A stretch of DNA of 64,000 bases from Leucoraja ocellata (lineage: Eukaryota), in the NCBI GenBank assembly GCA_036785375.1, contig JAWMAR010000982.1:186001-250000 (forward strand). The letters are read 5' to 3'. This document shows positions 50,479-63,331 of this stretch, one piece after another. Position 1 is the first letter of the stretch. Every line of letters starts with the position of its first letter. The notes beneath the pieces are model-generated. The model was not told the origin of the DNA. It saw nothing but the letters and a program-made list of their open reading frames with translations, and searched no databases. The translations under genes were made by a program, and so were the position numbers.

Positions 50479-52734
50479 GTAAAAGTCTTGTGTTTCCAAA
50501 ATGAAGCAAGAGAACTCTTCTCTGAATTGCTTATACACCAACATGCAAACTTCCAGCCACCATAAATTACATTCCACCAGATTGGAATAGATTAGATTGT
50601 TATTGTTTTCAGTTCCAATATAAACACAGTCAAAATTATATTGCGAGTTTAAGGAAATTAACTCGCTTGCCATGAAGCACAGAAAACGTCAAGGTAATCT
50701 TTGTAAAAATTATTCGGAAAAGTGGCAAACATAATCCAAGCGATTTGTTCTCTGCATGGAAGTGTTAAAACATGTATGACAAATGCCAGCAACCCCAAAG
50801 TTGGCCGATTCGTGATGCTCAGTTGACTAGAGCATTTCTTTCTCTCAGAGGACTGGCCCACTAGTCTCTTGTGGGGGCAGAAGCATGGCTCTCCACGGTC
50901 AGGAGAGCATGCCTCGCCCAAATTGCTTTTGCCGAAATATAGTGTGACCATCAGAACTGTGTATGCCATCAAAAGCAGATGCTTAACCTTTTGGCAGGAC
51001 CTTGTGGAAAGGACTGGACAAGTTCCCTTATTAATATCACCAATGATGTTTAAGCTCACTTGTGGCATCTTCAGATAATCTTTGGGGAAACTTCAGCTGA
51101 GACTAATTACTCTTAAAAATGATCCAACACAAAATGAAAATTGAGATATTATTAACTGTTCAGAAATTAAGTTCATAAACATCCTTTAAATTGAATTAAA
51201 AAGCTAGCAAAGCTGGTTTCAACTAAATTGCATATCAATTCACATTGAATGCCAGCAGCTAACTCACGGAGCGTCACAACAATTTTTAATTGCGATGTAA
51301 AAATTACACAACTGACTACATTTTGCTGGCAAGGGGAACCGGCTAGGAATAACAAATTCCTAATGCTTTTTGTTATAAATCCAAAATAAAACAGCTTCAA
51401 TTGCCAACTAATTACATCCGCTTTGAATGGTTGAAACTGTTGAGAAGACACAGCTTTGATGATACGATTAAATATTTACCATTAACAAACTAAAGAATTT
51501 TCAAATACTTCCCCAAACTTGCACGCATAGATTCAAATTTCTGAATTGCAAGCTTCCCTCAAAATTGAAATTAATTAGTGTTCATAACACTGGAGTACCT
51601 AATAGTTCTTCTGAACTTCCGATAGTAATGGTGTTTACAGTGCCTCTGAAAAGATAATCCTTAGATGACATACAAAAGTGTATTTTATAATTGAGAACTG
51701 TGGAACTAATGATCTGTGCACAACTTTAAAAAAATAATTTGTATTGTCACTCTTGCACAAACTTTGTTCTGGTTTTGTCTTCCTAAAGTAATGTTAAGAA
51801 ATATACTGGGCATTTCTTTAACTGGTATAAACCTTTTTTTCAACAGACAGCTCATTCCAGAGTGAAAAGATTTCAACAGCTGCTGTCTTGGTGACATTAA
51901 GGACCCCATCGGAGGTGTCCTGCTGCACTAATGTCTTAGAAATGTTTAAAAGAAACTTCAAACAATTTGCATCCAGTAGGCGGTAGAAAGCTCACCACAG
52001 GATTCATTTGAAGACCAGTCCAGCAGTCACTCAGTCATGAATCAGTACTGTCAGTGACTGTCCAGTTAATAAACAGGTGTCAATGGTCCGTGAACCAAAC
52101 TAGGTCTGTTGCTCCCACTGAAGATATCTTTATAACTATGCCTTTTTGAGATTTGAAAATTAGTGCATTATGTATTATGATGAGAGAAAAGTACTGAAGT
52201 GCTGTTGACTGTTATTGCAAATATACATTACTGTGCAGCTCTCATTGTAAACTGATCTTCAACATGGGTATTGCTTCTTAATTTTATTTCAGCTTTGAGA
52301 TGGGGGTTGTGAGCGAATAGTGAATATATTAAAGTAAAAACAACAGTAAAATATCAGTGTTGTGTGTGGGATCCACTGTTTTGCTGTCAGTGAGTATGAC
52401 AAAACCCAATTAACACTGCGGTACTTCAGTCACAAAGGAGTACATTAAGACCGATATTTCAGTAACCTTGGGATGTTGGTGGTGCTGGACTATTATATAT
52501 TACCCTTGTCAATACCCCAGCCAACTTGTAATACTTTTTTTTTAATGCACACAAATTGTATGATCTTTTTTTCAGAGTACCAGGTGAATTCAAAGAGAAC
52601 AGAAAAAACAAAATTTGGTAAGTTTAAAAGGAAATAGAACCTAGGTGAGTTCCAAGGAGTGAGGGAAATTTGCCCCCAGTGATTTTGCTTGTGGGAGACT
52701 GGGATCCAAATGAGTTCATATGGAATGTGTAATA

Positions 52735-52922
52735 AAAAAAGTTCTGCACAAGCTGGTTTATACCAAAGATAGACACGAAAAGCTGGAGTAACTCAGCGGG
52801 ACAGGCAGCATCTCTGGATAGAAGGAATGGGTGATGTTTTGGGTCAGGCCCCTTCTTCAGACTGAGAGTCCGGGGAGAGGGCGACACTGAGAAAAGGAAG
52901 GGTAAGGTGCGAAAATGAGACA
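52735..52922 (-). mobile_element. Penelope-derived repeat
   Basis: agatagacacgaaaagctggagtaactcagcggg..cccttcttcagactgagagtc. Confidence 0.7.
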
Positions 52923-54470
52923 TTGTAGTGTACAAGAAGTTTCCTTTCTGTTCACTCAATCAGTTATCAGAATCTTTAGTAGATCACAAAATAGAGTGAA
53001 GAAAGCAACAAAGACAGTGGGTTCATTTTTGTTCCAGAAAATAATAGGCTTTATGAGTAGGTTATGTTCACATGACATGACCCCACCTCTTAAGAACCTT
53101 TGTTAAAGGGAAAATTAAACAGGAGAACAGAAAGTTTAAAAAGGTTTTTGTTTTTGCCAAGAAAAACAAGGTCAAAGATTTGCAGACTAAATTTCTATTG
53201 AATCTATAACTGGAATGTACTATTTAAACGAAACATTCATTGGTATCAAAATTTCTTAAAAGATATTGCTTCTCATCTGATGAATGAGCAAATTTACAAA
53301 CCTTACATGGTCATTTCATTTATTGTAAGGAATAAACTGTACCGTTTACCATGAATTAGCTGTCATTACTGATAATGAAGTAGAATATCCATATAAACTA
53401 TCCACAAATTAATGCTAAATTAATGTTTTTCCAGTTACAGATATTTGGTCTTCTTGTCTTAACTTCACCAACCCCAACTAGTCCTATCTTTGAACTAAAT
53501 GTCTGGATCCACTAATTTTTGTGCAAAATGTTTTTTGCCATAGAAACTAAATTAACTATCTTAAAAAATACGGGACAGAATAATGGTGAAAATGTACAGC
53601 AACATAACATTTTATTTATTTTTTAACTAATCCTTGCAGGTATTTCTGCCTGTCAAGAGATCGTGTGGGCCAACGATCATAGGAATTTTCAACCCCTGTA
53701 GTCACAGATTTAATCTCAGAAGACTAATTCTTAAACCTGTTCTTTAAACTTTTCAAACTAATGAATAACTTTGCTGGTCGTTAGCTATGCTGCTGGGGGA
53801 AGGGAGAGGGGCAACCTGTCAACTATTTTAAGAACAACTGTCCTCATTCACTTCACTGAAGGAAATGGATCTCTGGTAAATCAATCAAAGGTGCCAGAAC
53901 CCATTTAGGAATCTATAGTCCTCTCTCATGGCTGGACATGAATGGCTACTTTCGTTTATTGGAACAGAATTTGGGAGCCAACGGAGCAATCTTTTATGAG
54001 GGCAATTTCCACTCTTTCTCATACTAATTTAGCTTTTTCATGCAACAGTAGCTTAAGCAAGATATATTTAACAAATTGTTTGTCGTCATAATGAAAATTG
54101 TTACTCATTTACAACATACAATGGTAAATCTATTTGTGGTAATGAACAAACCTTCAAAAGTATATGAAGCTTTAGCATCAGAGTAAGTGAACATAGTAGA
54201 CTCTATCTTCTGTGGAGTTAATTTCATGCTCCAATAAAGATCAACAATGAATCTAGTCCTCCTACATTATTGCTTGAATGAAACTGATGTTATCTTTGTA
54301 GTATGGTGCTGTAATTAATTCAGGAATAATAAGTTTTTAATTAAGTTAAATTTTCTGCTAATATTTCCAACTCTGGTGAAATTAAACCCTTGCGTTGAAA
54401 AACCAATATTCTTCTTCGGTAAACCTTCACTCAAATGCCTATGAAATTCTAAACTGGTTACGTTTTTGAA

Positions 54471-56114
54471 TAACCATATAACCATATAACAATTACAGCA
54501 CGGAAACAGGCCATCTCGGCCCTACAAGTCCATGCCGAACAACTTTTTTTTCCCCTTAGTCCCACCTGCCTGCATTCATACCATAACCCTCCATTCCCTT
54601 CTCATCCATATGCCTATCCAATTTATTTTTAAATGATACGTCCTGCCAAGGTGTAGCACCTCACATTTATCAGCATTAAACTCCATCTGCCATTTTTCAG
54701 CCCATTTTTCCAAATGGCCTAAATCACTCTGTAGACTTTGGAAATCCTCTTCATTATCCACAACACCCCCTATCTTGGTATCATCTGCATACTTACTAAT
54801 CCAATTTACCACACCTTCATCCAGATCATTGATGTACATGACAAACAACAAAGGACCCAACACAGATCCCTGAGGCACCCCACTAGTCACCTGCCTCCAA
54901 CCCGATAAACAGCCATCCACCATTACCCTCTGGCTTCTCCCATTCAGCCACTGTTGAATCCATCTTGCTATTCCTGCATTTATACCCAACAGTTGAACCT
55001 TCTTAACCAACCTTCCATGAGGAACCTTGTCAAAGGCCTTACTAAAGTCCATATAGACAACATCCACTGCTTTACCCTCGTCAATTTCCCTAGTAACCTC
55101 TTCAAAAAATTCAAGAAGATTAGTCAAACATGACCTTCCAGGCACAAATCCATGTTGACTGTTCCTACAGACCCTGTTTATCTAGATGCTTATATATATT
55201 ATCTCTAAGTATCTTTTCCATTAATTTGCCCACCACTGAAGTCAAACTAACAGGTCTATAATTGCTAGGTTTACTCTTAGAACCCTTTTTAAACAATGGA
55301 ACAACATGCGCAGTACGCCAATCCTCGGGGACTATTCCCGTTTCTAATGACATTTGAAATATTTCTGTCATAGCCCCGGCTATTTCTACACTAACTTCCC
55401 TCAATGTCCTAGGGAATATCCTGTCAGGACCCGGAGACTTATCCACTTTTATATTTTTCAAAAGTGTCAGTACTTCTTTTACTTTGAACCTCATAGTATC
55501 CATAGCTACTCTACTAGTTTCCCTTACCTCACATAATTCAATATCCTTCTCCTTGGTGAATACCGAAGAAAAAAAATTGTTCAATATCTCCCCCATCTCT
55601 TTTGGCTCTGCAGATAGCTGTCCACTCTGTCTCTCCAATGGACCAATTTTATCCCTCGTTATCCTTTTGCTATTAATATAGCTGTAGAAACCCTTTGGAT
55701 TTACTTTCACCTTACTTGCCAAAGCAACCTCATATCTTCTTTTAGCTTTTCTAATTTCTTTCTTAAGATTCTTTTTACATTCTTTATACTCCTCAAGCAC
55801 CTCATTTACTTCATGCTGCCTATAATTATTGTAGATCTCCCTCTTTTTCCGAACAAGATGTCCAATTTCCCTTGAAAACCAGGGCTCTTTCCAATTTTTA
55901 CGGTTTCCTTTCAACCGAACAGGAACATAAAGATTCTGTACTCTTAAAATTTCCCCTTTAAATGTCCTCCATTTCTCTTTTACATCTTTCCCATAAAACA
56001 AAATGTCCCAGTTCACTCCTTTTAAATCATCTCGCATCTCATCAAAGTTAGCCTTTCTCCAATCAAAAATCTCAACCCTAGGTCCAGTTCTGACCCTCTC
56101 CATAATTATATTGA
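54471..56114 (-). mobile_element. CR1 LINE ORF2 with internal deletion of the post-RT region
   Basis: ORFs 55165-56103 and 54576-55145 (KYADDTK). Sequence jumps from KCEVLHLGRT to the last codons near 54637. Tail (tatatggt)n. Confidence 0.93.
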
Positions 56115-56954
56115 ATAGTATCTATTCAAGTATATATTTAATAGGCAGATGGTCAAAAGCCACAGGACAGATCTTCTCTCCTGTACTTGAGCTTTTGTCA
56201 GAATTTGACGATGAATCTGTGCAGAAGACCCCGTTTCCAACAATGGTGCTGTCTCGGTTGGTGGTTGCAATTTCTGCCCTGTTGCCTGTGCTCCTTCACT
56301 AGTTTCCTTCTGGAGGCCAATGGGCCAACATGATGTTCTGCAGATTTCCCAGCACTTAGGCCTGGAAATTTACCTGAACCCGAGCTGTATTAAACCTGAC
56401 ATTCAAATAAACAGGAGACATTGACTCAAAGAAGAAAGGAAAACTTATTTCATTATTTGTCAGCTTAAACAATTTCAATTGATCTTTAAATTTCAATTTG
56501 TCATGTGTCTTTTATAGCTTTACAATGTAAAAGGAGATGCTTTAATATTTAATAATATATTTTAATATACATTTTAATATACATAATATTTAAATATTTA
56601 TTTAAATAGTTTTCATTTTTTTCATGTTTTGTTGGGTTTTTTTAAACAAATATCTAAGATATTAATTGAACATTTGTGACATTCACAAACTTTCAATGGC
56701 CACAACCATTCTGCCAGATTTGACAGTGAAAGCCTGGCTGGAAGGCCCACACTCATTCTTACAGACATTATCCAAGTACAGCGGGTTGCCTCCACAAAGC
56801 AGTCCCCTGAGTCACTCTCCACATGCCAAAGTGTGGGGCTGCCAAGCACCACTGTGCTCCAAGAACCAGTGTGGCCTGGAACAGATAGCCAGCAATCCTG
56901 AAGCAACAGAGACCTCCCCTTCACATTTAGCCATGCACTGGAAGAAGACTCAAA

Positions 56955-57243
56955 TTTAGTTTAGTTTAGAGATACAGCACAGTAACAGGCCCTTCGGCCC
57001 ATCGGATCCACATCGACCAGCGATCCCCGCATATTAATGCTATCTTACACATACACTAGGGACAATTTTTACATTTATCAAGCCAATTTACCTACATACC
57101 TATGGAGTGTGGGAGGAAACCTACGCGGTCACGGGGAGAACGTACAAACTCAGTACCGATAGCACCAGTCGGGATCGAACCTGGGTCTTGACTCTGCAAG
57201 CGCTGTAAGGCAGCAACTCTACCGCTGTGCCACCGTGCCGCCC
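56955..57243 (-). mobile_element. HE1-type V-SINE
   Basis: Reverse complement gggcggcacggtggcacagcggtagagttgctgcc..aggttcgatccc; tail (ctaaa)n. Confidence 0.9.
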
Positions 57244-57514
57244 TAAGGTAAAATTCCAGACTGCTGATATTTAATCACCATATTTCTCTCAGATCACAAG
57301 TTGCCACATCATGGATAAACCAAGCAAAGGATTTAAAAAGTATCATGGTTAGCATTTCACCATTAACAGCCAAGCAGCCTGACCTTAAGCCAATTAATGT
57401 GCTAGTGATTGCCAGTCTGCCTCTTGGTCTAGTGACACATATTAGACAATATAACAAATAAAAATGTAGCATTTGTTATCAGCTTCAGTATAGATGATAT
57501 TTTTGGTCATTTAC

Positions 57515-57628
57515 CTGATCACGGCTAGCTTCAATGGAACTTCCTATGCCGTGAAAGGTTATTTGCACAGGTGAAAGTGTCAGGTAGGTCATACATTCTT
57601 TGCCGTTCTGCATATCACTGTACTGCAC
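57515..57628 (-). CDS. STAU2: Staufen homolog 2, internal coding exon (dsRBD5 part), phase 0/0, 38 aa
   Basis: Acceptor ttatttttctAG and donor CAG|GTAAAT enclose 114 open bp. VQYSDMQNGKECMTYLTLSPVQITFHGIGSSIEASRDQ matches recalled human STAU2 VHYCDRQSGKECVTCLTLAPVQMTFHAIGSSIEASHDQ. Not in the supplied ORF track. Confidence 0.93.
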
Positions 57629-58424
57629 CTAGAAAAATAATGATATATAGCACAGAAATAAAACCTATGACCAAGTTGTAACATGCTTCAAATAAAATGA
57701 GTCAACATCAGATCTACTAAAGTAAACTCCCATTGTAAATGTTTAATCATGCAAATATAATTGGAATTAGTTTTTTCAGGGTTAAACATATGTTTGAATG
57801 ATTTGGTCCAGTTGAAAGCAGTGGACTTGATAGGAAATTATCTTTGAAGGTATGCCTATCGGCTACTGCCCGACTATTGACCGGAACTACTCAGTCCCTA
57901 CAGCATAAAAGATTTTCACTGTACCTCAGTACACTTGACAATAATAATCCAAACAAAAATGATCCATGATTGTGTGAATAATAATCCATGATTATCCAAT
58001 TGACTAGAGATTCTATGACTTCATTAGAGTCAATTCCTTTCTCAAGGTCCAAAATACAGATAAGGAAATGCACAGGGAAGTATAATATTTATAACTGACA
58101 TGTTTGTTATATTAAGTGCATAAATGTAAATTAAAATATCTTAACTAAACAGCATAAAATTGGTCAACCAACAAGAATAAAAGTCTTCTTAGTTACTTAC
58201 ACATGAGAAAATGGTATGTTTGGCAGTTAGGCCTCAATGTGTCAGACTCAATTTCAACCCGAAAATCTGAAAAATTCCCTATAGCACACTGAAATATTTT
58301 TGAAATAATCTTTAATGAATGTCGACTTAACCGAAAAGATGTCTCTATGAACGGGAGGCAGGAGGTTAATCACCGTGTCATATGTTTGTAAATGCAATCT
58401 TCCAATGTTTAACAGATTCCAAAT

Positions 58425-58580
58425 AGGATTTAGATAGAGCTTTTAAAGATTGCGGAGTTAGGGGATATGGCGAGAAGGCAGGCTCGGGGTACTGATTGTG
58501 GATGATCAGCCATGATCACATTGAACGGCGGTGCTGGCTCGAAGGGCCGAATGGCCTACTCCTGCACCTATTGTCTATGT
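58425..58580 (+). mobile_element. CR1 3' end
   Basis: ttagatagagct..ggggatatggcgagaaggcagg..ggctcgaagggccgaatggcctactcctgcacctattgtctat. Confidence 0.85.
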
Positions 58581-59518
58581 TCAACTACATTCATACTTTT
58601 AATCCATTTTCTCTCACAGTGGTGTTCATCAAACTGCTTCATCCAAGTGTAATTCTATTACGGTGTAGAGGCTATGAAAGTGTACACATTTTGAGCTGTT
58701 CATCAAAGACGTAAATATTGCAGCTGTCTCAGATCAGTGAAATGAGACATTGATTTCATACTTTCAATCTTGACCTCTATTTATGAGGTAGAGGATCCTA
58801 AAAACTTTCATCACATAGTTTGCATTACACGGGAAAAAACCTGTGATTGTAATGGCAAAATTTAAAAATACAGTATCATTACTTAAAAAAGACATCACAA
58901 ATTCCAGAAATTGCACCCTGAAAGCATCATATCCCGTAGACTACCGTGCTGATATCATCCAGATACAACCAATTAAAAATACTGATTTAATGTGAATTTC
59001 AATGTCTTAAAACATATTCTTAGTGTAGAAGCTGCTGAACTGCTACATCTCGTTGAGCTTTCCTCACTGTCTTTCCAGGCCTCAGGTAGTCCATGGTGTC
59101 CATCTCACTGTCTTTAAAAGTAGCTGGAAATTAACTGAAACAATTCTTTTCGCCAGAAAACCAAAATCAAGTCCCGAGTTTTTAAGAACTCTGAGGGATG
59201 ATACACACGAGCGTTCAAAAATTGAATTGTACAAACATTATATTTATCTGTTCAGAAGCTTAGGGGGAAAGGGCCAAATTCCAATTAGTACTACCAACTA
59301 ATCTTTCACCACTGTATTTACCAAACCACTTTCCATCACGAGCAATAAAAAGGTCACAGACTGATGCATGTGAGCAATGTCAGATGACAATTGTGTCAGT
59401 TAATTTCAATGATTACCAGATACTTTTATGTACAGTGAAACAGACAACACAACCTGCCCGTGGCCAAGAGAACAGTATCATGGGAGATACCTCTGGTTGC
59501 CTATAACTCCTCCTTCTG

Positions 59519-59720
59519 CACAAAAAGCCAGAGTAACTCATCGGGTCAGACGGCATCTCTGGAGAAAAGGAATAGGTGACTTTTCGGGTCGAGACCCTTC
59601 TTCAGACTCAACCCAAAACGTCACCTATTCCTTTTCTCCAGAGATGCTGTCATACCCGCTGAGTTATTCCAGCTTTTTGTGTCTATCTTCGGTTTAAACC
59701 AGCATCTGCAGTTCCTTCCT
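59519..59720. mobile_element. Penelope-derived fold-back element
   Basis: ~65-bp inverted arms around a minus-strand hammerhead-like core (59575-59608). Confidence 0.75.
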
Positions 59721-60499
59721 TTATCATAGATTCTAGGTCACTCTGTAACTTCCTGAACCAAGGGGACTAGATATACCTGACCCTTAGCATCAGTTGGCAT
59801 ATCAAGCATCCTCCCATTCCTCTGGAGTCACTGATTTTAATTAAACATGCGATCATAGCCAGGTTTTCTGCTTATTTCTTTTAATATACTTTTGCTTTTA
59901 ATCAATTAACTGCACTTTATACAAATGAAAACAAATGTTGCCATTTTCAGTTTTTAAAAATTGCTTCAATTAATTTCAATGATGACCAGAGAATTTGAAG
60001 TACAGTGAAACAAACAACATGACCCACCAAAGGCTGAGAGAAAAGTGTTGTGGGAGGCTGTTGGTTGTCATTCACAGCCTGATCTCCCTATGGATGAGTT
60101 GCTGAACAGAGGTCACAAAGTATAGTGGCATGAGCTTCTCAAGGGGCCTGCAGCCATATGAATTTAATGCAGCTATTGTACAGGCATGGAGGAGGCAGGG
60201 TGGGGAAGCCTGAATGGTGGTTGGATCAAGTATGTTCTGTCCCATTTTAATTAGTAGGACTCACAAACGTAAATCAACACTGCCCGCAACACCCATGCAT
60301 TCTAAAAGAATAGTATCATATTTTAAAATTAATCTCAGATTAAAACATGTGAGTGGCTTTGTTTTAAATGCATTCAAATTTAAAACACTGTGAATCAAAG
60401 CATGGCGAGGCATGGACGTTTTCTGCTTTAATATTTAAACCTCAGAGTTAATAAAGGTATTTATTTGTAATTTAAAGAATTGAATTGAATCCGTTGCAC

Positions 60500-61530
60500 A
60501 TTTTCAGGTCACATAATAGACTGCTTTGCGACATCAAAGTGCATGGAATAAAGGGTTATTGGTGATGTTGATTAAAATAAAGCACATAGAACAGAGAGCT
60601 GCTCTTACAACTGGAGGAAGGAACAGTGGTGTCCCACAGTTCAATACTGCTGGCAACTGGAGGATGATGAACAGTGGTGTCCCACAGTTCAATACAGGGA
60701 CATTGCTCATATTAATGGCTTGAATATGGGCATGTGACGTAAAAGAGCAGACATCATGGAGGTGTAATAAACAGAGGAGAAAGTAATAAGATTACAAGAG
60801 GCTACAGGCAGGTTAATAAAGCAGGCATGCTCATGGCAGATGAAAAGGGTGTAAGGGTGTAAGACAGGAGGACATGTGACTGCATAATCGTTGTAAAAAG
60901 GCATGACATATTACGAAACTGCATGATAAAAAATATAGTATTCCATGCTTCATAAACAGAGGCAAAGACTATAAAAGCAAGGAGATTATGTTGAGTCTTA
61001 ATAAAAAACTTGTTAAATCCCAGCTGGAGCATTGTCCAAATCTGGTCAATACAGTTTAGGAAGGATTTGAGTATCTTGGAGAGGATGGAGAAGAGATTTG
61101 TACTGGAATGGTTCCATGGCAGAGGGATTTCAGATACAAGGTTGGTCTGGACTAGCTAGCATGAAAACAGAAAACGTTGAAAATGTTCAGCAGGTTAGGA
61201 AGCAGCATCACTGGAGAAAAACATACAGTCAAGATTTCAGGGGAAGTTTGTCCTATGCTCCTTGGAGCAAGCAAGATCGAAAGGAGAATTGGTATTTGTG
61301 CACAAGGTCACAGAGGGTTTAGATAGGACAAATAGATTGCAGTTGTTCCCGGTGCCAGATAGTTCAAAGCAGGAAAATAGGTTCCAAGTGATGAATAACA
61401 AGTCAGGGAAGTACAGGAGAAAAATATGCCTTCATAATGTTTTAGTACTCAATGCCTGTACAGTTGGGGAAAACCATGAACCATGCCTTTCAAGAGGAAA
61501 TTGGAAGGGCAAAAGGAAAGAAATTAACTG
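60500..61530 (+). mobile_element. Old decayed CR1 LINE
   Basis: ttgcgacatcaaagtgcatggaataaaggg, SGVPQ duplicated at 60621-60700, cagctggagcattgtcc (LEHC), and a CR1-like 3' region. Confidence 0.6.
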
Positions 61531-61699
61531 AGGCCAAACCTGATCCTCCTGCCAGTTGTGGGAATGGGAGATGGATTCTGTCATCAGGTTCATGGAAGCA
61601 GATGTGCTAATCAGAAAATGAGAATAGGATCATAAATGACCGAGTAACCAGTTATGTTTTTAGTAATCACTAGTACGGTAGATAAGATAACTTTTACAA

Positions 61700-62450
61700 T
61701 GTTATCTTTGTAGATTTTCTTTGATAATGTTCCACTGGTGAACAAGGGAAAATGAAAGCACGCAGAATTTGAGGAAACTTTGCTCTTGGCTTGGCCATTG
61801 TTTGATAGATAAGAAACAGAATGAAAGCCTAAAACAAGGCGGGATGATAGTAAATCGTCTTCCTGAAATTATAGACAGGAGTAGGTAAACAGAACACTCT
61901 CCAGTGAAATTATTTTGTGAAAAGCAATGATCCCCATGGATCAGCAGTAGAGCATCAGTTTTTCACTAAATATATTAGTGCTTGGATAAAAGTGTGTAGA
62001 GTTTTCTGCCCAAATTGACAGATTATACTGAGAGGTGTCGTAAGATCCATAGATAAAAGCAAGTATTTACGAAAAATATTAGAAAAGGAGTGAGCAGACT
62101 GGGCAAGCAGAGTTTGACGTGGGGAAGCAATAGACAATTTGAATCCAAAAAAGGTATATTGGAACATGTTTTGAAATTATGGACAGCAGAAGAAACCTTG
62201 GGGTGTTTTATTTACACAAATAAATGGTAATGAATAGGGAGGTATAATAAGAAAATGAAACAGAATCTTTTGTGTAATGAAGTTGGGGAACAAAGAGTGG
62301 GTAAATATGATTCCATTGTTGAGAGCCTTGCGTGATCCTCTTTTGGACTGCATTATGTTCTTAGGTCTATCTCTTAGAGAGGATGCATTGCTCTTAGAAA
62401 GATATATCACTGATTCATCAGCATAGTAGCAAGGGGTAAAAGGTTAAATA
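61700..62450 (+). mobile_element. Very old CR1 remnant
   Basis: gtagattttctttgataatgttccac (DF..FD.VP), ccccatggatcagcagtag (PQGS) and ttggactgcatt..ttc (LEYC..F). Confidence 0.45.
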
Positions 62451-62469
62451 CCATTTATATCCATATATA

Positions 62470-62523
62470 GGGGTGGGAGATCGCAACCTTCACATGGTCC
62501 ATTCTGTTTCGACGAATGCAATC
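62470..62523 (+). ncRNA. Minimal HDV-like ribozyme, partly decayed copy
   Basis: GGGGTGG GA GATCGCA ACC TTCACAT GGT CCATTCT GT TTCGA CGAA TGCAATC. J4/2 is CGAA as in CPEB3; one P2 mismatch and extra G-U pairs in P1. Confidence 0.7.
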
Positions 62524-62605
62524 AACCTGGCATGCACAAACATAAGATCAAACAGAACAAGTTGTCTTACAACTTTAGGCTGTGCACGCCATATGCAAGA
62601 AGAAG
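62470..62605 (+). mobile_element. 136-bp ribozyme-headed short retroposon, copy 2
   Basis: 11-bp TSD ATCCATATATA (62459-62469 and 62606-62616). GGGGTGG start, (AAG)n end, collinear with copy 1. Confidence 0.9.
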
Positions 62606-62864
62606 ATCCATATATAAATGCTTACAATCACTTGAGTTAGTAAGTTGTGTAATAATCTATGCCTCGATGCAGGCCACAGAAAGTTGAATTAATGAACTTT
62701 ATGTTAGTCAACTTCCACTGCCTGTGTTAAGTATTGGCAAAGGTCCCAGTACTAACATTACCAGTAATTAAAGCTAGGAAGGAAATCATTCTAAGTCCAA
62801 ATGGTTCTGGTTTTCACCTCCATCAGGCTGCTGGAGAAAGCCACCACATGGCATAATCTAACCA

Positions 62865-62955
62865 CAAATTGCTGGAGTAGCTCAGCGGGTCAGGCAGCAT
62901 CTGCAGTGGCAATGGTCCGACGACATTCAGGGTCTGGATCCTTCTTCAGACTGAT
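62865..62955 (-). mobile_element. Penelope-derived short repeat
   Basis: gctggagtagctcagcgggtcaggcagcatctg..ccttcttcagactga. Confidence 0.65.
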
Positions 62956-63140
62956 CTGTTCCGTTGTCCATGTGGATAATTATTACCGCGTTAAATCTTT
63001 ACTGGAAGTATGAAACAGAATACTGAAGTAAAGAAAAATACTGGGGTTAGGAGGAACAGAAAGCAATCGCATAAGTTTTCAATTGGTCCAGCAAGAAAAG
63101 GTGAACTGGTAATATAAGGCTGCAATGTTTATTAGTCAGG

Positions 63141-63331
63141 TGTAGCGGCTTGGACGAGGTCAGGAAAAGGCCAGGTGTCAGGCAGGTTCAAACAATAGTT
63201 TTTAATGACACAGGGAGAATACACACATTCGCGAGAGGGACCGCGGTAAACCCTGTGGCAGACCAACGCCCCTGTCCTAAATAGACGAGGGGATGATCCA
63301 AGGAATGGCCTAACCCCGAGGGACCGCCACA
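63141..63331 (-). repeat. 3' LTR (191 bp, TGT...ACA)
   Basis: Begins tgtggcgg just after the PPT, ends gctaca, and contains an ATTAAA poly(A) signal. Confidence 0.8.

Noticed and set aside
50613-50693. Plus-strand coding exon
   Set aside because: Splice-like signals are present, but there are stop codons in all three frames.
1-57514. STAU2 terminal exon (AALSALKQFSEQG-like) downstream of the dsRBD5 exon
   Set aside because: Not found by eye on the minus strand. It probably lies beyond the window, but a diverged copy could have been missed; TBLASTN would settle it.
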